Below, piece after piece: positions 36,459 through 52,207 of a stretch of DNA of 64,000 nt. The notes under the pieces were generated by a model that searched no databases, was not told where the DNA came from, and worked only from the letters and a program-made list of their open reading frames with translations. Where the stretch lies: NCBI GenBank assembly GCA_964247055.1, contig OZ176056.1, forward strand, positions 8,680,001 through 8,744,000, read 5' to 3'. Each line of letters starts with the position of its first letter. The stretch's first letter is position 1. This DNA comes from Paragordius varius (Eukaryota; Animalia; Nematomorpha). Position numbers and translations under genes: made by a program.

Positions 36459-38946
36459 GGCTCAATTTGTATCAATATATCAATTCTGTCCATATGATCA
36501 CCTATTTATATTCTTTTTAGCACGTTTTTTTAAATTCCTTATATTTTTATTTTTATCAAAATAAATACACAAATCAAATTAAATACCTAAATAGATAGAA
36601 TATGAAAAGTTAAAAGTTAAATATATTGTTCTGCTTTCGAAAAATATTTTGTGTTATAGTTTTAGGTTTTGTCATGTATATTTTCAATCTTTATAAATAG
36701 GGTTTGAAATATAGAGATAAAAATTCCTTTGCGTACAATATATTAGGAGGATTAATAAATTTGAAAAATCAACATCCCCAGAGATTAACATGAATATATT
36801 GAATATTACTCTAATGGTATTTTAAAGAATGCCTTATCCCATAGCAATCTTCAAAATAAAAATGACGCCATCTTATCATCTATAAACCCCGGGGAGAACA
36901 GTAACAAACGCAAAAGATAAAAAGATCCAAGTGACCCTATTGGTGACATTTAAAGCGCATGAATTACTAATTGCAAAAATATTAAGGATTAAACATTCTC
37001 GGCTAAAGCTGCTTTAAACTAATCTTATCAAATAACAAAGAATTAACATTTAAAATCAAACAGAAGTAGGTTGGCGATGAATTCCTACATTTGGTTCACA
37101 AATACTTAAAAGACGTTGGGAATTAAAACAACTGGTGATTTTACTATGTAAATAATACATATAAAAATAAATGAATACCAACAATATAACATTTTTTACT
37201 ACTCATACATTACTTTCGGCAATTTTGACTTAATAATGATATTGATATCTAAATTACAGCAAAATACATACGTTTAAAACTATAAGTATAATAAAAAAAT
37301 AAGCTTATTTAAACTGTATTACATGCAATTATTAAAGAATATACAGTACTTCTTTATAATTTTGCTTTGCAGGAATGTATCCATCTTGCTAAAATGTAGT
37401 TATGAATATTTTTAAGGGACATTATTATAATTTGCAAATATTTATTTAATTTTTTCATTTTTTAAACATCATTTGATAAAATTATTAAAGCCCAACACTA
37501 AATTAATAACCAGAAATAATTAAAACATATTATTTATCAATTAGATTGGATAAGCATTTTCAAAAAAAGTAATGTTTTTCCACTGTTTGGCACATTCCTT
37601 TATCAAGGTATCACCGATCTTATACGATGCCAAAGTTGTGCCAGATATTTTGAACTGATATTGATTAACACTGCGGTTAAGAGCGGTCAATTTGTTGCAG
37701 GCATCATTAAAGTATTCATTGTCTTGTATATTATATATATATATATATATATGTTAACCTCGCTCTCATAATCAAATGCTCAATTCCTTAAAACAATCCT
37801 ATATTTTGTCTTAACTATCAGAAAAATTATTTGAATAATACATTTAAAATTAATTAGTTTGCTTATATGAAGGTATACACTTCAAACTAGCATATATCTT
37901 AAAACTATTCTCATGAACCTTAAATTATAAGATAAGAAAGACAACGCGTAAAAAAAATTATTTTCCACATAAATTGCTTTTACAAGATCTATATAACATA
38001 TAATATGTTAATATAGTAATTGATAAACGAGTGTAAATAAAGTAATAATGATAAAAAAAATTGACACCACCCGACAACTTAACAATTAAATGGTATAGAA
38101 GTTCAAAACTTAAAATATATAATTTAGTGCAGGTGAACCTAAGAGTCGCAATCAGCTCTTTTTGAAACCGTTTTAAACTTAAAAATCCAAAATTAGAGAC
38201 CAACCGTTTCAGGTGGCCATAACATTTAGGAAAAAAAAGTTTTTATAACTTTTGGGGGAAAATTAAAAACTCTAAAAAAGATTGAGATGCACTGCAGCGA
38301 AAAATGAAACGGTCCAGCAAAATGGTCGGTTTCAGAATTTAATAAAGGAGCACTAAATGACCAACCTGCATTTAATGATTATTTTAAAATCTTACTAATA
38401 GAGGAAGAAACAAATATTAGCATCCTAGAAGTTATACTATAAAATGTCATTGGTATATACCATTTACCTTAAATTCACCCTTAAACAATTCAAATTTACC
38501 CTATAAATATTCAAAAATTTAATATTACCTATATTTTTTTATATTTTTAAAAAATAAAATTTTTGTTTTAAATTAAAATAATGCTGAAAAAATAATATAG
38601 TAATTGAAAAACGCTATGAATCAAATTTATTGCTGTAAATGAATTGAAAATATATTATTGCATATAAAATGGTCAAATATTCTAATAACAATATATATAA
38701 AATTAAAGAATTAAAAGCAAGAATCAATTTTTTTATAATTACTTTTTACTATTTCACCAATTCAATATCTTGAGTTAACTATATAATCCGTCACTTTTTT
38801 CCCGTCAATAATCGCATCTTTTCCCTGTATACTGAAATTTCAAGAATTTTGCCCCTGAACATTACTACGTGTTTGGATGAGTTTTTTGGCTCTAGAAAAT
38901 TATTATAATTATCTAAGCGATTATATAAATATTGTTCGGTTAATAG

Positions 38947-41900
38947 TTGGATATTTTAATATTCCGTAAAGTGAATCCCTCATTCAAAATGTATTGCGTT
39001 GGTGGATAGCACTTGAATGTTAGAACAAAAAGATTTATAATTTTAAACATCATGTAAATGGTTCATCTGATTTATATGAAGTTGTGAGTCACATGTGTTA
39101 ATTTTAATTCTTCGACTGTGCATAGCAAAATAGATAAACAGAGCAAAATATTTATATATGCTAAGCAATTTGGCTGTTTTAAAATATAAAGATTGCATCT
39201 AATTTTAACATAATGTAAATAGTATAGTCTAAATTCTTTAAATATAAGGCTTAAAATGTGGCCTCCGTTATATAAAGTTGCGACCGGAAATATTATCCCG
39301 TCAGCAGACAGAACCGTCAATAATTCAAATATAATTGATTGAAAGCAACTATGATCGCAATCAGAAAAATATTTATAAGTAAAGGGTGGTGAGAAACTCA
39401 TATTCGAAGGCTTGAGGCCTTCTTCTCAAATGGCAACAAGGGATGGGGACATGAATGAAACCAAGCAGCAAGGATTGCCGGATTAAAGGATTACGAGGTA
39501 AATATATTGTTTAGGTGTATTGGGAGAAACTTTATTGGGGAGGCGTTCACGACGGCGCTGTGCAAAGGAGCTACCCAACCAGAAGCCCTGAATCGAGGTC
39601 CTGGACTTGGGAATGGCCTATCAATGGGATGACATATGGGAAAGAGGTAAACCTAATGTTTAGGTGGGATGGATGGCCTTTTGGGGATTCTTGAGACGGA
39701 GCTTGTCAAGCCAGCACTACCCCTGATGATCAAAACAAGCTACTTGGGAGCAGGCTTGGTTGTTGGATGGCGACTTGCTCGGATCAAACAACACTGCTAC
39801 TTGGAGGATGGCATTCTGTTGAATGCACAACAAACTCTCATTTTACTTGTGGAGAGTTTTTGGGCCAAATGACTCTCTAGTGGGAGAATATTTCCTCCTT
39901 TGGGGAAATCAACTCTTGTTATTTTGAGAGAGTTGTTTTCTCCAAACGTGTGAAGGAGGAGGATTTATTTCTCCCATTAGAGAGAGTGAGTCAGGCCCCC
40001 AAGTCCAAAATTCGATTTTGTGCACTCTTACTCCCGGACGCTCAAAATAAAATTTTGGACTTAGAATATTTTTTAATTTTTTTTTCTCGCCCTTTGGGGG
40101 GGGGGTTATATATATTTATTTATATTTTTTAATTTTTTTTCAAAAAATATAAGATAAAGTAAACATTATTTATTGACAATAATTATATAAAATATTCATT
40201 TTTCTGTTTGTTTTCATTCTTGTCTTGTTGGTTATTAATGATCAACGTTTTGAGATTATGGTTTAATTGTATTCGTATTTTTGTAAGTATTTTCGTGTCT
40301 TGTTGGTTATTCATGATCAACGTTTTTAGATTATGGTTTTCTTGTATATTCTGATTCTATAAAAATTAATAAACATTAGTTTTAGAAATTAAATTTTCAA
40401 TGTTACCACAAACTAATTCAACCTAGTATATCAATTTTTACTATTTTTTACAATATTGTCAATTAATTATTAAATTTAACCTTTATTTTATGATTGTCAT
40501 TATAGAACTAATATTGGGATCAATATAAACCGCTAAAATTAAAATCAACAAATTTGAAATCATTTAATGTTAACCTAAAACAATAAAATCAGTTTAAAAA
40601 CCAATATTTTTATTCTTTTGAATTTAAATGCTAAAAAAATATGAGTTGGACAAGTTTTTAACAATTTTATTTATATTCAAAATTAGCAGTTTTACAACCA
40701 AATAAACTATTTTTTACCGATTTTGGCTATTAATATGTTTGTAAGAAAAAATAAAAATAATATGAGCTATTTTTAAAAAAAATAAATATATTAATTAAAT
40801 GCTGTCTAGCACATCAAATATCAATTTACCAAGGAATTATTTATTTCAAACCAGTAAATTAAAAAATTGAGGTAGATTTAGGTAATTGAATTTAGATATA
40901 AAAAATGGTAAACAAATCATAAAACAAACAGTGTTAGGGTCAAAACAAATTTAGGAAGGCAATAATATCCTACCTATTATAAAATTATTTATTCAATGAT
41001 TAAAAAACAAGTATTTCAACTATGGGATCATTTTAAACAATTCCTCTTATCAATTAATTAAAAAGAAATGCGTGGGTCTCGGCCTGCTTCGCAGCCCGAG
41101 GAAGTCCTGCGGACTTCTTTAAGGAAATGAACCAACTCCAATCCCTCACCCTAACCCTAGCCCACAAACTCAAAACCCTAAAAGTTTTTTACCCCTTATT
41201 GTAAAATAAATTTTTGCTAAATACCTTAAAATCCTTACCATTTAAAAACCATTGATCATTTGTTTAGTATGTTGTAATTCGCAGAACAGTAGTGTATGGA
41301 AAAACCAACAAACAATGTGTTCATAAACCATTATTTTCTTTCATTTTTCCATACACAACTGTTGTGTTGCAATTTGCCTTACTATAGTGTGAAATAAGCA
41401 ACAATATATTATAATATAAAAATTAATTGAAAACATTTGAAAGACACCGCCATATAGATTGATAAATTAGCAAATTATGACAATAATTAAAGAAAATTAA
41501 ACAGATATGAATTGGTATTATTTACCAAATTTTAGTTAGTTGTCTCAAAATGACATATAAGACCATTGTTAAGTAATCAAAGTTATTTAAAAATTAGGGT
41601 ATAAAATATTTAAAAAAAATAATACCTAATCAATAAAAGTGAATAAAAATATTTTTAAATAACCTTGAGATTTAAGAAAATAAAAAATAAGGATAAAAAC
41701 ATTTTACAATAATTTAAATATATGTATTATATTAGTGATAAAAAGGAAGTATATTTATTTAATATATTCATTAAAATTAGTTATTTAAAATAAAATTTTA
41801 TAAAAAAATTAGTAAACTATATTTAAAAGTAAAGGTAATATAATTATTTATTTTCTAAATAAAAAACAGCTGAAAAAACTAGTTACCAAAATTTTAATAT

Positions 41901-43560
41901 TTAAAATTAATGAAATTTTAAATATACAAAAAATCATTAGTTAAAAAGTCTTTAATTTAAATTTGTTTATAATTGGTGATAAAAAATTTAATTTATATTA
42001 ATTTTATTTTTACGTTTGACAAATATTACTTGTAGTAATCAAAAATTTTTATAGTTATCAAAAATATAATTATCTAAACAGCTGACCATGAAAATTGGTT
42101 ATTTAATACACTGTAAGACAGAAAAACAGATAAATACAATATTTTAAGTTGATAAAAAAGAGATTCTTATCAATAGATTACTATAGAAATATTCTAAATT
42201 AGTTGTTTGTTGTTCTTATATCTTAGCAAAAATTCTTTAAGAGCCAAAATTTTGAAAAACTCAGGTAACTTTATAAAAAAATATTTAAATAATGGTTAAG
42301 ATATACCATAATAACTTTTGAGATTTTGACTTTTCCGCGCACACAATGTTCAGAAACCACATCATTCTAATTGAATATAAAATAATGTTTAATAATTAAA
42401 TGAATATTTTTTCTTTAACAGAAATGCTGGTTGTTATATAGTTTTTTCAATCATAGTTAACGGTTTATTAATGATATTTAGCGTTGTTTTAAAAAAATGC
42501 GTTCACAAAAACATTATAGCGGTTATTTCTTATTTATTACTAATTAACAAAAAATAAATAAATTGATTAATATTTAGCTTTTTTAGGAAAAAAACAAATT
42601 AACTATTTATTTCTAATAAAATTTAGCGTTTTTTGATGAAAATTAGGTTAAATGTAATCATTTATATAAGAATGAAAAACATAGTTTTGAAAATGTCAAA
42701 AACAAACAGCTGTTACGGCTAATTCAATTAAATTGAAAAAAACATATATATTTAGCTAAAATTCTGCTAAAAAATTTTTTTTATACTGCCCTGTAGTTTT
42801 TCAAAATTATCTTACGGTAATTAATATCAGCTGATTTTTAATAAATATTGGAGAATAATTATTAAATTTGGCTGTTTTAATAAAAAAAATAGTAATTGCA
42901 TAATTTGGCTGTAGTTAAAAATTTTTATAAAAAAATATCAGTTTTTAATTATAATTAAACTGTATTATAAAGGATATCAACATAACTCTCCTATTAGAAA
43001 TAGTTAGGGGTTTATTGGTATATAACTATATTATTAAAATCCAACTGTTTCTTAGCGATTAAATAACTTATAAAACCAGGATTTTAATGAGGTTATTTAT
43101 ATGCAAATTCAAATTTTTAAAAGAAGCTCTGTTTTAGAGTTTTTTTCAAAAAATATAAGCTAATTAACGGGTATAAAATTTAAACTGTTTTTAATAAAAT
43201 TAACTTTTAAAGGGCTTTTTACAAAAAATTACCCTTTAAAACCAAAAAATTAATTAACATTTTTATAAATGGCATTGTGATAATTTAATAATGTAAAAAT
43301 AAATACCAAATTTCAATATATATTCAAGCCAAACGTTTTCCATTACGATTCGTTTAAGTTTTTGCGAATTCAGGCAACGCATTTCTAAATTAATATAAGG
43401 CATATATATATTATACATTGCTATATTAAAATGTATTTATTAATAGTATTATAATAAATTAACTGTTTGAATAAATAAACTGTCTAAATCATAAATATTT
43501 CACTTTTAAAATAAATCAACTGTTATAGTTGAATCAGTATAAATAAATCATAAATAGTTC
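38947..43560 (+). repeat. Duplication block D, second copy (preceded by 346 bp seen only once, 38601-38946)
   Basis: Colinear with 17404-22160. Confidence 0.9.
41067..41179 (-). mobile_element. G4 + double-hairpin cassette, inverted copy
   Basis: Same sequence as 19499-19611. Confidence 0.55.
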
Positions 43561-43569
43561 ACTTAAATC

Positions 43570-43910
43570 AATAACAACTGATTAATTAAAACAACTTATT
43601 AATTAAAACAACTTATTAATTAAAACAACTTAATAATTAAAACAACTGATTAATTAAAACAACTGATTAATTAAAACAAGATTAATTAAAAACAACTGAT
43701 TAATTAAACTGGTTAATAAAAACAACTGATTAATTAAACAACTGATTAATTAAACTGGTTAATAAAAACAACTGATTAATAAAAACAACTGATTAATAAA
43801 AACAACTGATTAATAAAAACAACTGATTAATAAAAACAACTGATTAATAAAAACAACTGATTAATAAAAACAACTAATTATTAAAAACAACTAATTAATA
43901 ATGACAACAA
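43570..43910 (+). repeat. ~17-bp satellite, array III (short, ATTAAT-type variants only)
   Basis: ATTAATAAAAACAACTG and ATTAATTAAAACAACTG monomers; the long GAATAATAAAA run of arrays I and II is absent. Confidence 0.93.
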
Positions 43911-44402
43911 TTAAAAAAACTGTTTAATAAAAATAACTGATAAATTAAAAAACCTGAAATATCAAAACTCAAATAAAAAAACAAATATTTTAAAAAATAT
44001 TTTAAAAAATATTTTAAAACATTTAATATAATATTAATCAAGAATTTTAATTATTAAACTGTAAAAAATTACCAAATCCAAAAATATCAAGCCAAAATTT
44101 TTTGCTTTACGATTTGTTTCAGTTTTTGCGCAAATAATTGATTGAGGCAACACATTCTAAAAAAATAATCAAAATAAATAAATTGATAAATATAAACGAT
44201 TAATTACAATATAATAATTCAAAAAAACGCTATTTAAGAATGAATGATATGTTTTGTGTTTAATTATCTAAAAAACCAATTTGCTGGCATTCAAGTAATT
44301 TTGCCGAATTGAGCGAATTAATATATATAATTTAAGCATTTTTTTTTAAACTTTCTGATTTTTAGAATTATTATTAGTACAACATTTGGGTTTATATGCA
44401 TA

Positions 44403-47400
44403 TTTTTAACCGATTAGCAAATTTTTAGAAAATTTTAAGGAAACTTTAACCGATTTTTAGCAAATTTTAAGAAAACTTTAACCGATTATTAGCAGATTTT
44501 AAGGAAACTTTAACCGATTTTTAACAAATTTTAAGAAAACTTTAACCGATTATTAGCAAATTTTAAGAAAACTTTAACCGATTATTAGCCTATTATAAGA
44601 AAACTTTAACCGATTTTTAGCCTATTATAAGGAAACTTTAACCGATTTTAGCAAATTTTAAGGAAATTTTAACCAAATTTTAGCATATTTTAAGAAAACT
44701 TTAACCGATTATTAGCAAATTTTAAGAAATTTTAACCGAATATTAGCAAATTTTAAGTAAACTTTAATCGATTTTTAGTAAATTTTAAGGAAATTTTAGC
44801 AAATTTTAAAAAATTTTTAACCGATTTTTAGCAAATTTTGGGGAAATTTTAACCGATTTAACATATTTTAAGGAAACTTTAACCGATTTTAGCAAATTAT
44901 TAGATAATTTTAACCGATTTTTAGCCTATTATAAGGAAACTTTAACCGAGATTATTAGCAAATTTTAAGGAAACTTTAACCGATTTTAGCAAATTTTAAG
45001 AAAACTTTAACCGATTATTAGCCAATTTTAAGGAAACTTTAACCGATTATTAGCAAATTTTAAGAAATTTTAACCGATTTTTAGCAAATTTTAAGGAAAC
45101 TTTAACCGATTTTAGCAAATTTTAAGAAATTTTAAGAAAACTTTAACCAATTATTAGCAAATTTTAAGAAAACTTTAACCGATTATTAGCAAATTTTAAG
45201 AAAATTTAAACCGATTATTAGCAAATTTTAAGAAAACTTTAACCGATTATTAGCAAATTTAAGGAAACTTTAATCGATTTTTAGCCTATTATAAGGAAAC
45301 TTTAACCGATTATTAGCAAATTTTAAGAAAACTATAACCGATTTTACCAAATTTTAAGATAATTTTAACCGATTATTAGCAAATTTTAAGGAATCTTTAA
45401 CCGATTTTTAGCAAATTTTAAGAAATTTTAACCGATTTTTAGCAAATTTTAAGGAAACTTTAACCGATTTTAGCAAATTTTAAGAAATTTTAAGAAAACT
45501 TTAACCAATTATTAGCAAATTTTAAGAAAACTTTATCCGATTATTAGCAAATTTTAAGAAAACTATAACCGATTTTACCAAATTTTAAGATAATTTTAAC
45601 CGATTTTTAGCAAATTTTAAGAAAACTTTAACCGATTATTAGCAAATTTTAAGAAAACTTTAACCGATTATTAGCAAATTTTAAAAAAATTTTAACCGAT
45701 TTTAGCAAATCTTAAGAAAACTTTAACCGATTTTAGCAAATCTTAAGAAAACTTTAACCGATTTTTAGCAAATTTTAGAAAACTTTAACCGATTTTTAGC
45801 CTATTATAAGAAAACTTTAACCGATTTTTAGCCTATTATAAGGAAACTTTAACCAATTTTTAGCAAATTTTAAGGAATCTTTAACCGATTTTTAGCAAAT
45901 TTTAAGGAAATTTTAACCGATTTTTAACAAAACTTAAGGAAACTTTAACCGATTTTTAGTAAATTTTAAGGAAATTTTAGCAAATTTTGAAAAATTTTAA
46001 CCGATTTTTAGCAAATTTTGGGGAAATTTTAACCGATTTAACATATTTTAAGGAAACTTTAACCGGTTTTAGCAAATTTTAAGATAATTTTAACCGATTA
46101 TTAGCAAATTTTAAGAAAATTTTAACCGATTTTTAACCGATTTTTAGCAAATTTTAAGAAAACTTTAACCGATTATTAGCAAATTTTAAGATAATTTTAA
46201 CCGATTTTTAGCCTATTATAAGGAAACTTTGACCGATTATTAGAAAATTTTAAGAAAACTTTAACCGATTTTAGCAAATTTTAAGATAATTTTAACCGAT
46301 TTTTAGCAAATTTTAAGGAAACTTTAATCGATTTTTAACAAATTTTAAGGAAACTTTAACCGATTTTTAGCAAATTTCAGGGAAACTTTAACCGATTTTT
46401 AACAAAACTGAAGGAAACTTTAACCAATTTTTAGCAAATTTTAAGGAATCTTTAACCGATTTTTAGCAAATTTTAAGGAAATTTTAACCGATTTTTAACA
46501 AAACTTAAGGAAACTTTAACCGATTTTTAGTAAATTTTAAGGATATTTTAGCAAATTTTGAAAAATTTTAACCGATTTTTAGCAAATTTTGGGGAAATTT
46601 TAACCGATTTAACATATTTTAAGATAATTTTAACCGATTTTTAGCAAATTTTTAGCAAATTTTAAGAAAACTTTAACCGATTTTTAGCAAATTTTAAGAA
46701 AACGTTAAGCGATTTTTAGCCTATAAGAAAACTTTAACCGATTTTTAGCCTATTATAAGGAAACTTTAACCGATTTTTAGCCTATTATAAGGAAACTTTA
46801 ACTGATTATTAGCAAATTTTAAGGAAACTTTAATCGATTTTTAACAAAACTTAAGGAAACTTTAACCGATTTTTAGTAAATTTTAAGGATATTTTAGCAA
46901 ATTTTGAAAAATTTTAACCGATTTTTAGCAAATTTTGGGGAAATTTTAACCGATTTAACATATTTTAAGATAATTTTAACCGATTTTTAGCAAATTTTTA
47001 GCAAATTTTAAGAAAACTTTAACCGATTTTTAGCAAATTTTAAGAAAACGTTAAGCGATTTTTAGCCTATAAGAAAACTTTAACCGATTTTTAGCCTATT
47101 ATAAGGAAACTTTAACCGATTTTTAGCCTATTATAAGGAAACTTTAACTGATTATTAGCAAATTTTAAGGAAATTTTAACCGATTTTTAACAAAACTTAA
47201 GGAAACTTTAACCGATTTTTAGCAAATTTTAGGGTAACTTTAACCGATTTTTAACAAAACTGAAGGAAACTTTAACCAATTTTTAGCAAAACTGAAGGAA
47301 TCTTTAACCGATTTTTAGCAAATTTTAAGGAAACTTTAATCGATTTTTAACAAATTTCAGGGAAACTTTAACCGATTTTTAACAAAACTGAAGGAAACTT

Positions 47401-49170
47401 TAACCAATTTTTAGCAAAACTGAAGGAATCTTTAACCGATTTTTAGCAAATTTTAAGGAAACTTTAATCGATTTTTAACAAATTTTAAGGAAACTTTAAC
47501 CGATTTTTAGCAAATTTCAGGGAAACTTTAACCGATTTTTAACAAAACTGAAGGAAACTTTAACCAATTTTTAGCAAATTTTAAGGAATCTTTAACCAAT
47601 TTTTAGCAAATTTTAAGGAATCTTTAACCGATTTTTAGCAAATTTTAAGGAAATTTTAACCGATTTTTAACAAAACTTAAGGAAACTTTAACCGATTTTT
47701 AGCAAATTTTAAGGAATCTTAAACCAATTTTTAGCAAATTTTAAGGAAATTTTAACCGATTTTTAACAAAACTTAAGGAAACTTTAACCGATTTTTAGCA
47801 AATTTTAGGGAAACTTTAACCGATTTTTAACATTAAGGAAACTTTAACCGATTTTTAGCAAATTTTAAGGAAATTTTAACCGATTTTTAACAAAACTTAA
47901 GGAAACTTTAACCGATTTTTAGCAAATTATAAGGAAACTTTAACCGATTTTTAGCAAATTTTAGGGAAACTTTAACCGATTTTTAACATTAAGGAAACTT
48001 TAACCGATTTTTAGCAAATTTTAAGGAAATTTTAACCGATTTTTAACAAAACTTAAGGAAACTTTAACCGATTTTTAGCAAATTTTAGAGTAACTTTAAC
48101 CGATTTTTAACAAAACTGAAGGAAACTTTAACCAATTTTTAGCAAAACTGAAGGAATCTTTAACCGATTTTTAGCAAATTTTAAGGAAACTTTAATCGAT
48201 TTTTAACAAATTTTAAGGAAACTTTAACCGATTTTTAGCAAATTTCAGGGAAACTTTAACCGATTTTTAACAAAACTGAAGGAAACTTTAACCAATTTTT
48301 AGCAAATTTTAAGGAATCTTTAACCAATTTTTAGCAAATTTTAAGGAATCTTTAACCAATTTTTAGCAAAACTTAAGGAAACTTTAACCGATTTTTAACA
48401 AAACTTAAGGAAACTTTAACCGATTTTTAGCAAATTTCAGGGAAACTTTAACCGATTTTTAACAAAACTGAAGGAAACTTTAACCGATTTTTAACAAAAC
48501 TGAAGGAATCTATAACCGATTTTTAGCAAATTTTAAGGAAATTTTAACCGATTTTTAACAAAACTTAAGGAAACTTTAACCGATTTTTAGCAATTAGGGA
48601 AACTTTAACCGATTTTTAGCAAATTTTAAGAAAACTTTAACCGATTTTTAGCAAATTTTAAGAAAACTTTAACCGATTTTTAGCAAATTTTAAGAAAACT
48701 TTAACCGATTTTTAGCAAATTTTAAGAAAACTTTAACCGATTTTTAGCCTATTATAAGGAAACTTTAACCGATTTTTAGCCTATTATAAGAAAACTTTAA
48801 CCGATTTTTAGCCTATTATAAGGAAACTTTAACCGATTTTTAACAAAACTTAAGGAAACTTTAACCGATTTTTAGCAAATTTTAGGGTAAGTTTAACCGA
48901 TTTTTAACAAAAGGAAACTTTAACCGATTTTTAGCAAATTTTAAGGAATCTTTAACCGATTTTTAGCAAATTTTAAGAAAACTTTAACCGATTATTAGCC
49001 TATTATAAGAAAACTTTAACCGATTTTTAGCCTATTATAAGGAAAATTTAACCGATTTTAGCAAATTTTAAGGAAATTTTAACCGATTTTTAGGCAAATT
49101 AGTAAAAAACTTTAACGCATTTTTAGCATATTTTAACCGATTTTTTTTAAGGTAACTTTAACCGATTTTT
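44403..49170 (+). repeat. ~32-bp satellite, array III (~4.8 kb, ~150 monomers)
   Basis: Same core; 346-bp internal duplication (46541/46887). Confidence 0.98.
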
Positions 49171-52094
49171 AAATTGATTTTTATTTAATTTCTCATTTTT
49201 TTAACAAACTTTAAACAATTTTAAATAATTTTAGTGTATTTTTAAGAAACTTTAATACCATTTTTATACTTTTTTTGAACCACCTTAAGTCATTTTATGT
49301 AAGAAAAAATAGAAGACACGAAAAGAAGGCGTGATATCAATTATACGCCCGAAAACCCAAAACCAATTTGTTGTACATAATTTATATACTAGGAATTTTT
49401 TAGAGGAGGGGTGGTCAACAAGCGGCTCCTTAAATATTGAGGCTGCCGCGAGAAATTTATATACAAGTTTTTAAACAATTTAAGGAAAATTGATTATCTT
49501 AAACAAATTTTCTGAATAAATTTTTCCGGAATTTTGGCAATTTCCTAAAAAAAATGATAACAAAATAGTGGTTTTTACAGTATCATTTATAATATCTAAT
49601 AAAATGTTAGCTAATGCCCATATATTTAGCCAATTTGGACCGCGAAGCCATAGAATATGAATTTATTTTTTAAGAAATTAAATTTTATAGGACGAGCATG
49701 CACCTAAAAAATAATAACATAAGTTCACCTTTGTATGTTAACACTTCCTCTCCATTATCAAAAAATTTTTACAAAATTTTAGAGAAAGAAATTCAATGCT
49801 AAAATATTTTACCAAGAGCTATAATTTATGTAAAATTATTTTAAATTGGAAGGATATTTTAGATTTCAAAACAAGCAAGCATCTAAATAATTATAACATA
49901 TGTTCACCTTTCTATTTCATCTTCCTCAAACAAATGAAAAAAAAAATTTTAAAAGATTAAGAAACCCACTTGTTAGCAATATAGTATCATAATTACACAT
50001 CTATTTAGTTTTTTTTAAAAAATGGATAATAATAAAATATTACTAGGTTTGTGTTAAAATTTGCCAGATAGAATTGCCAAGTAAATGGCTAATAGCAAGA
50101 AAAGATTCTTTTTGAAGTTAATAAATGTTCCTTATCATTCGTATCTGGCAATATTTTAATGCAAACCCAGAAATGATTCGTAATTATACTGTATATATAT
50201 AAAACATGCAAAACTTACATACATTGTTTGATCAGAATTGTATTAAAACGTATTTTCCCATTTCAGTCGTATAATATCAACCATGTTTCCAATACTTTGT
50301 CGTTTTATTGTGGTCGATTGTTTCAAAGATTTGGTTGGAGAGTTTCCTTTTTTCAATTAACAATGGTATTCTAATGATTAAGTATAAACAATTTACCTTA
50401 TTATATAGTAATGGCAATACATTGTATAGCTGGAGAGATCAAGACATGACAAGGGAAGTTGCATATGCACCCAATCTATCCACCCATTTCAGAAAATGTG
50501 CGAGGAAAAAAAAATTAAGTAAATGAAAAAAATGCAAAATTTTCGCCCTTTATATAGGGCATAATGTATATGTTATCTTTTTATCCAATCAAATTAATGT
50601 GTGCATTTGCGCCTTTTTCCCCCCCTTCTGGAAAAATGTTTCACATTCTTTTCCCTCTCTTTATTGCGCAACATTGTTTGGGCGCCTCTATTTTATTATT
50701 ATTCCCCCCCCCCCTCATGTGCACATTCCAATAAAACATATAATATTATATATGATTCATCATAACTAAAAATAAATCCTTTTTTATTACAATAATGTTA
50801 TTTGGCTGGCGCCTATAAAGAAATGTAAATAAAATTCGGAGAAAAATATGTTAAAAAAATATGGCAATAATATTTTAACAATCTTTATTAATAATAAATG
50901 AAAAATTTGAATTTATTTTCTTACTTACTAAATGTTTGATTACACAAATGGCTAATATCAAAATTTATTAATTAATTAATCTAATTTGTTTCAATATTAA
51001 AAAAAATAATTTTTCATAGAGGTATTTAAGTTTTTACCGGTGTAATTTGATTAATATATTGGTTTATAATTTAGTGATCATAGAATTTTTTTTCTAAAAT
51101 AAAGCAGAATGTTTTTTAAGAAGTTTATAGATTATTATCTAAAGATTTATAATTATTTTAATTTTATGCTTTGTGCAATCATCTAATATCAAATTAATGT
51201 TAAAATCAAATACATCATATAATAAGCTTTCAACAACAAGAGTTCTGATTTTTTTGGATTTCCAATTCATTAAAATCCATCATCACAGATAGTTTATTTA
51301 GGTAAAAGATATTCAAAGTGTGCTTACGATAATTACCAATATATAATGATTCTCTCTTAATTCATACTAATATATATATTAATTTTAAAATAGGAATCAA
51401 CAAATAAGTTATTATTCTGTTTTAATTCAATTAAAAAATATGTAAATAAAATCGAAAATAAGTTATGTCCTGTGGGGATAAGGGTTAAAGTAAAAAGTTT
51501 GGTTTCAGTTTTTTAAACAGAAAGCTGAAAATCTGTTTTTCATTAAGAGTTATCTGAAACAAAATTTAAACTTTTTTATACCATAGAACGATACAGAATA
51601 TCTGGGAATTGCTAACTTAACATTTAATAACCTTTAAAAGTGTAATAATTCTCAATTGAGAAATGGTTAAATCCTAACAATTTTATTAAAAATTATAATG
51701 GATTATTTATCCCAAAACTTTCTAAGCTTGCAATGTTAAATTCCCATCGTTCATGCGAAAATGTCTTTAGAATTAAGCAGTAATCAACAGTTTAATTTAA
51801 ATATTAACTAATCTTTTAAAAATCAATCAAAAGAGTTTCTGCATTTAATAATTATGTATAACCACACGACAATAACATGAGAAAAGTAAAAGATATCAAT
51901 GTTGGATAAAAATATCATTAAATTCTTCAACTTTTTTAATAATTAGTTCCCGTTTTGAAAAAGCTGAATAAAAATCTTTTTCAAAACAATAGCATTTCAT
52001 TACTTTACTACAGTTTGGAAAACCAATAAAAATATTTGGTTATATGGTGAAAAATGTAATTTTTTTTAATCTTAAATTTATAGTATAATACTGT

Positions 52095-52207
52095 AAGGTT
52101 TCGACTTTGTGGGCTAGGGTTAGGGTGAGGGATTGGAGTTGGTTCATTTTCTAAAAGAAGTCCGCAGGACTTCCTCGGGCTGCGAAGCAGGCCGAGACCC
52201 ACGCATT
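52095..52207 (+). mobile_element. G4 + double-hairpin cassette
   Basis: Same as 6209-6321. Confidence 0.55.
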
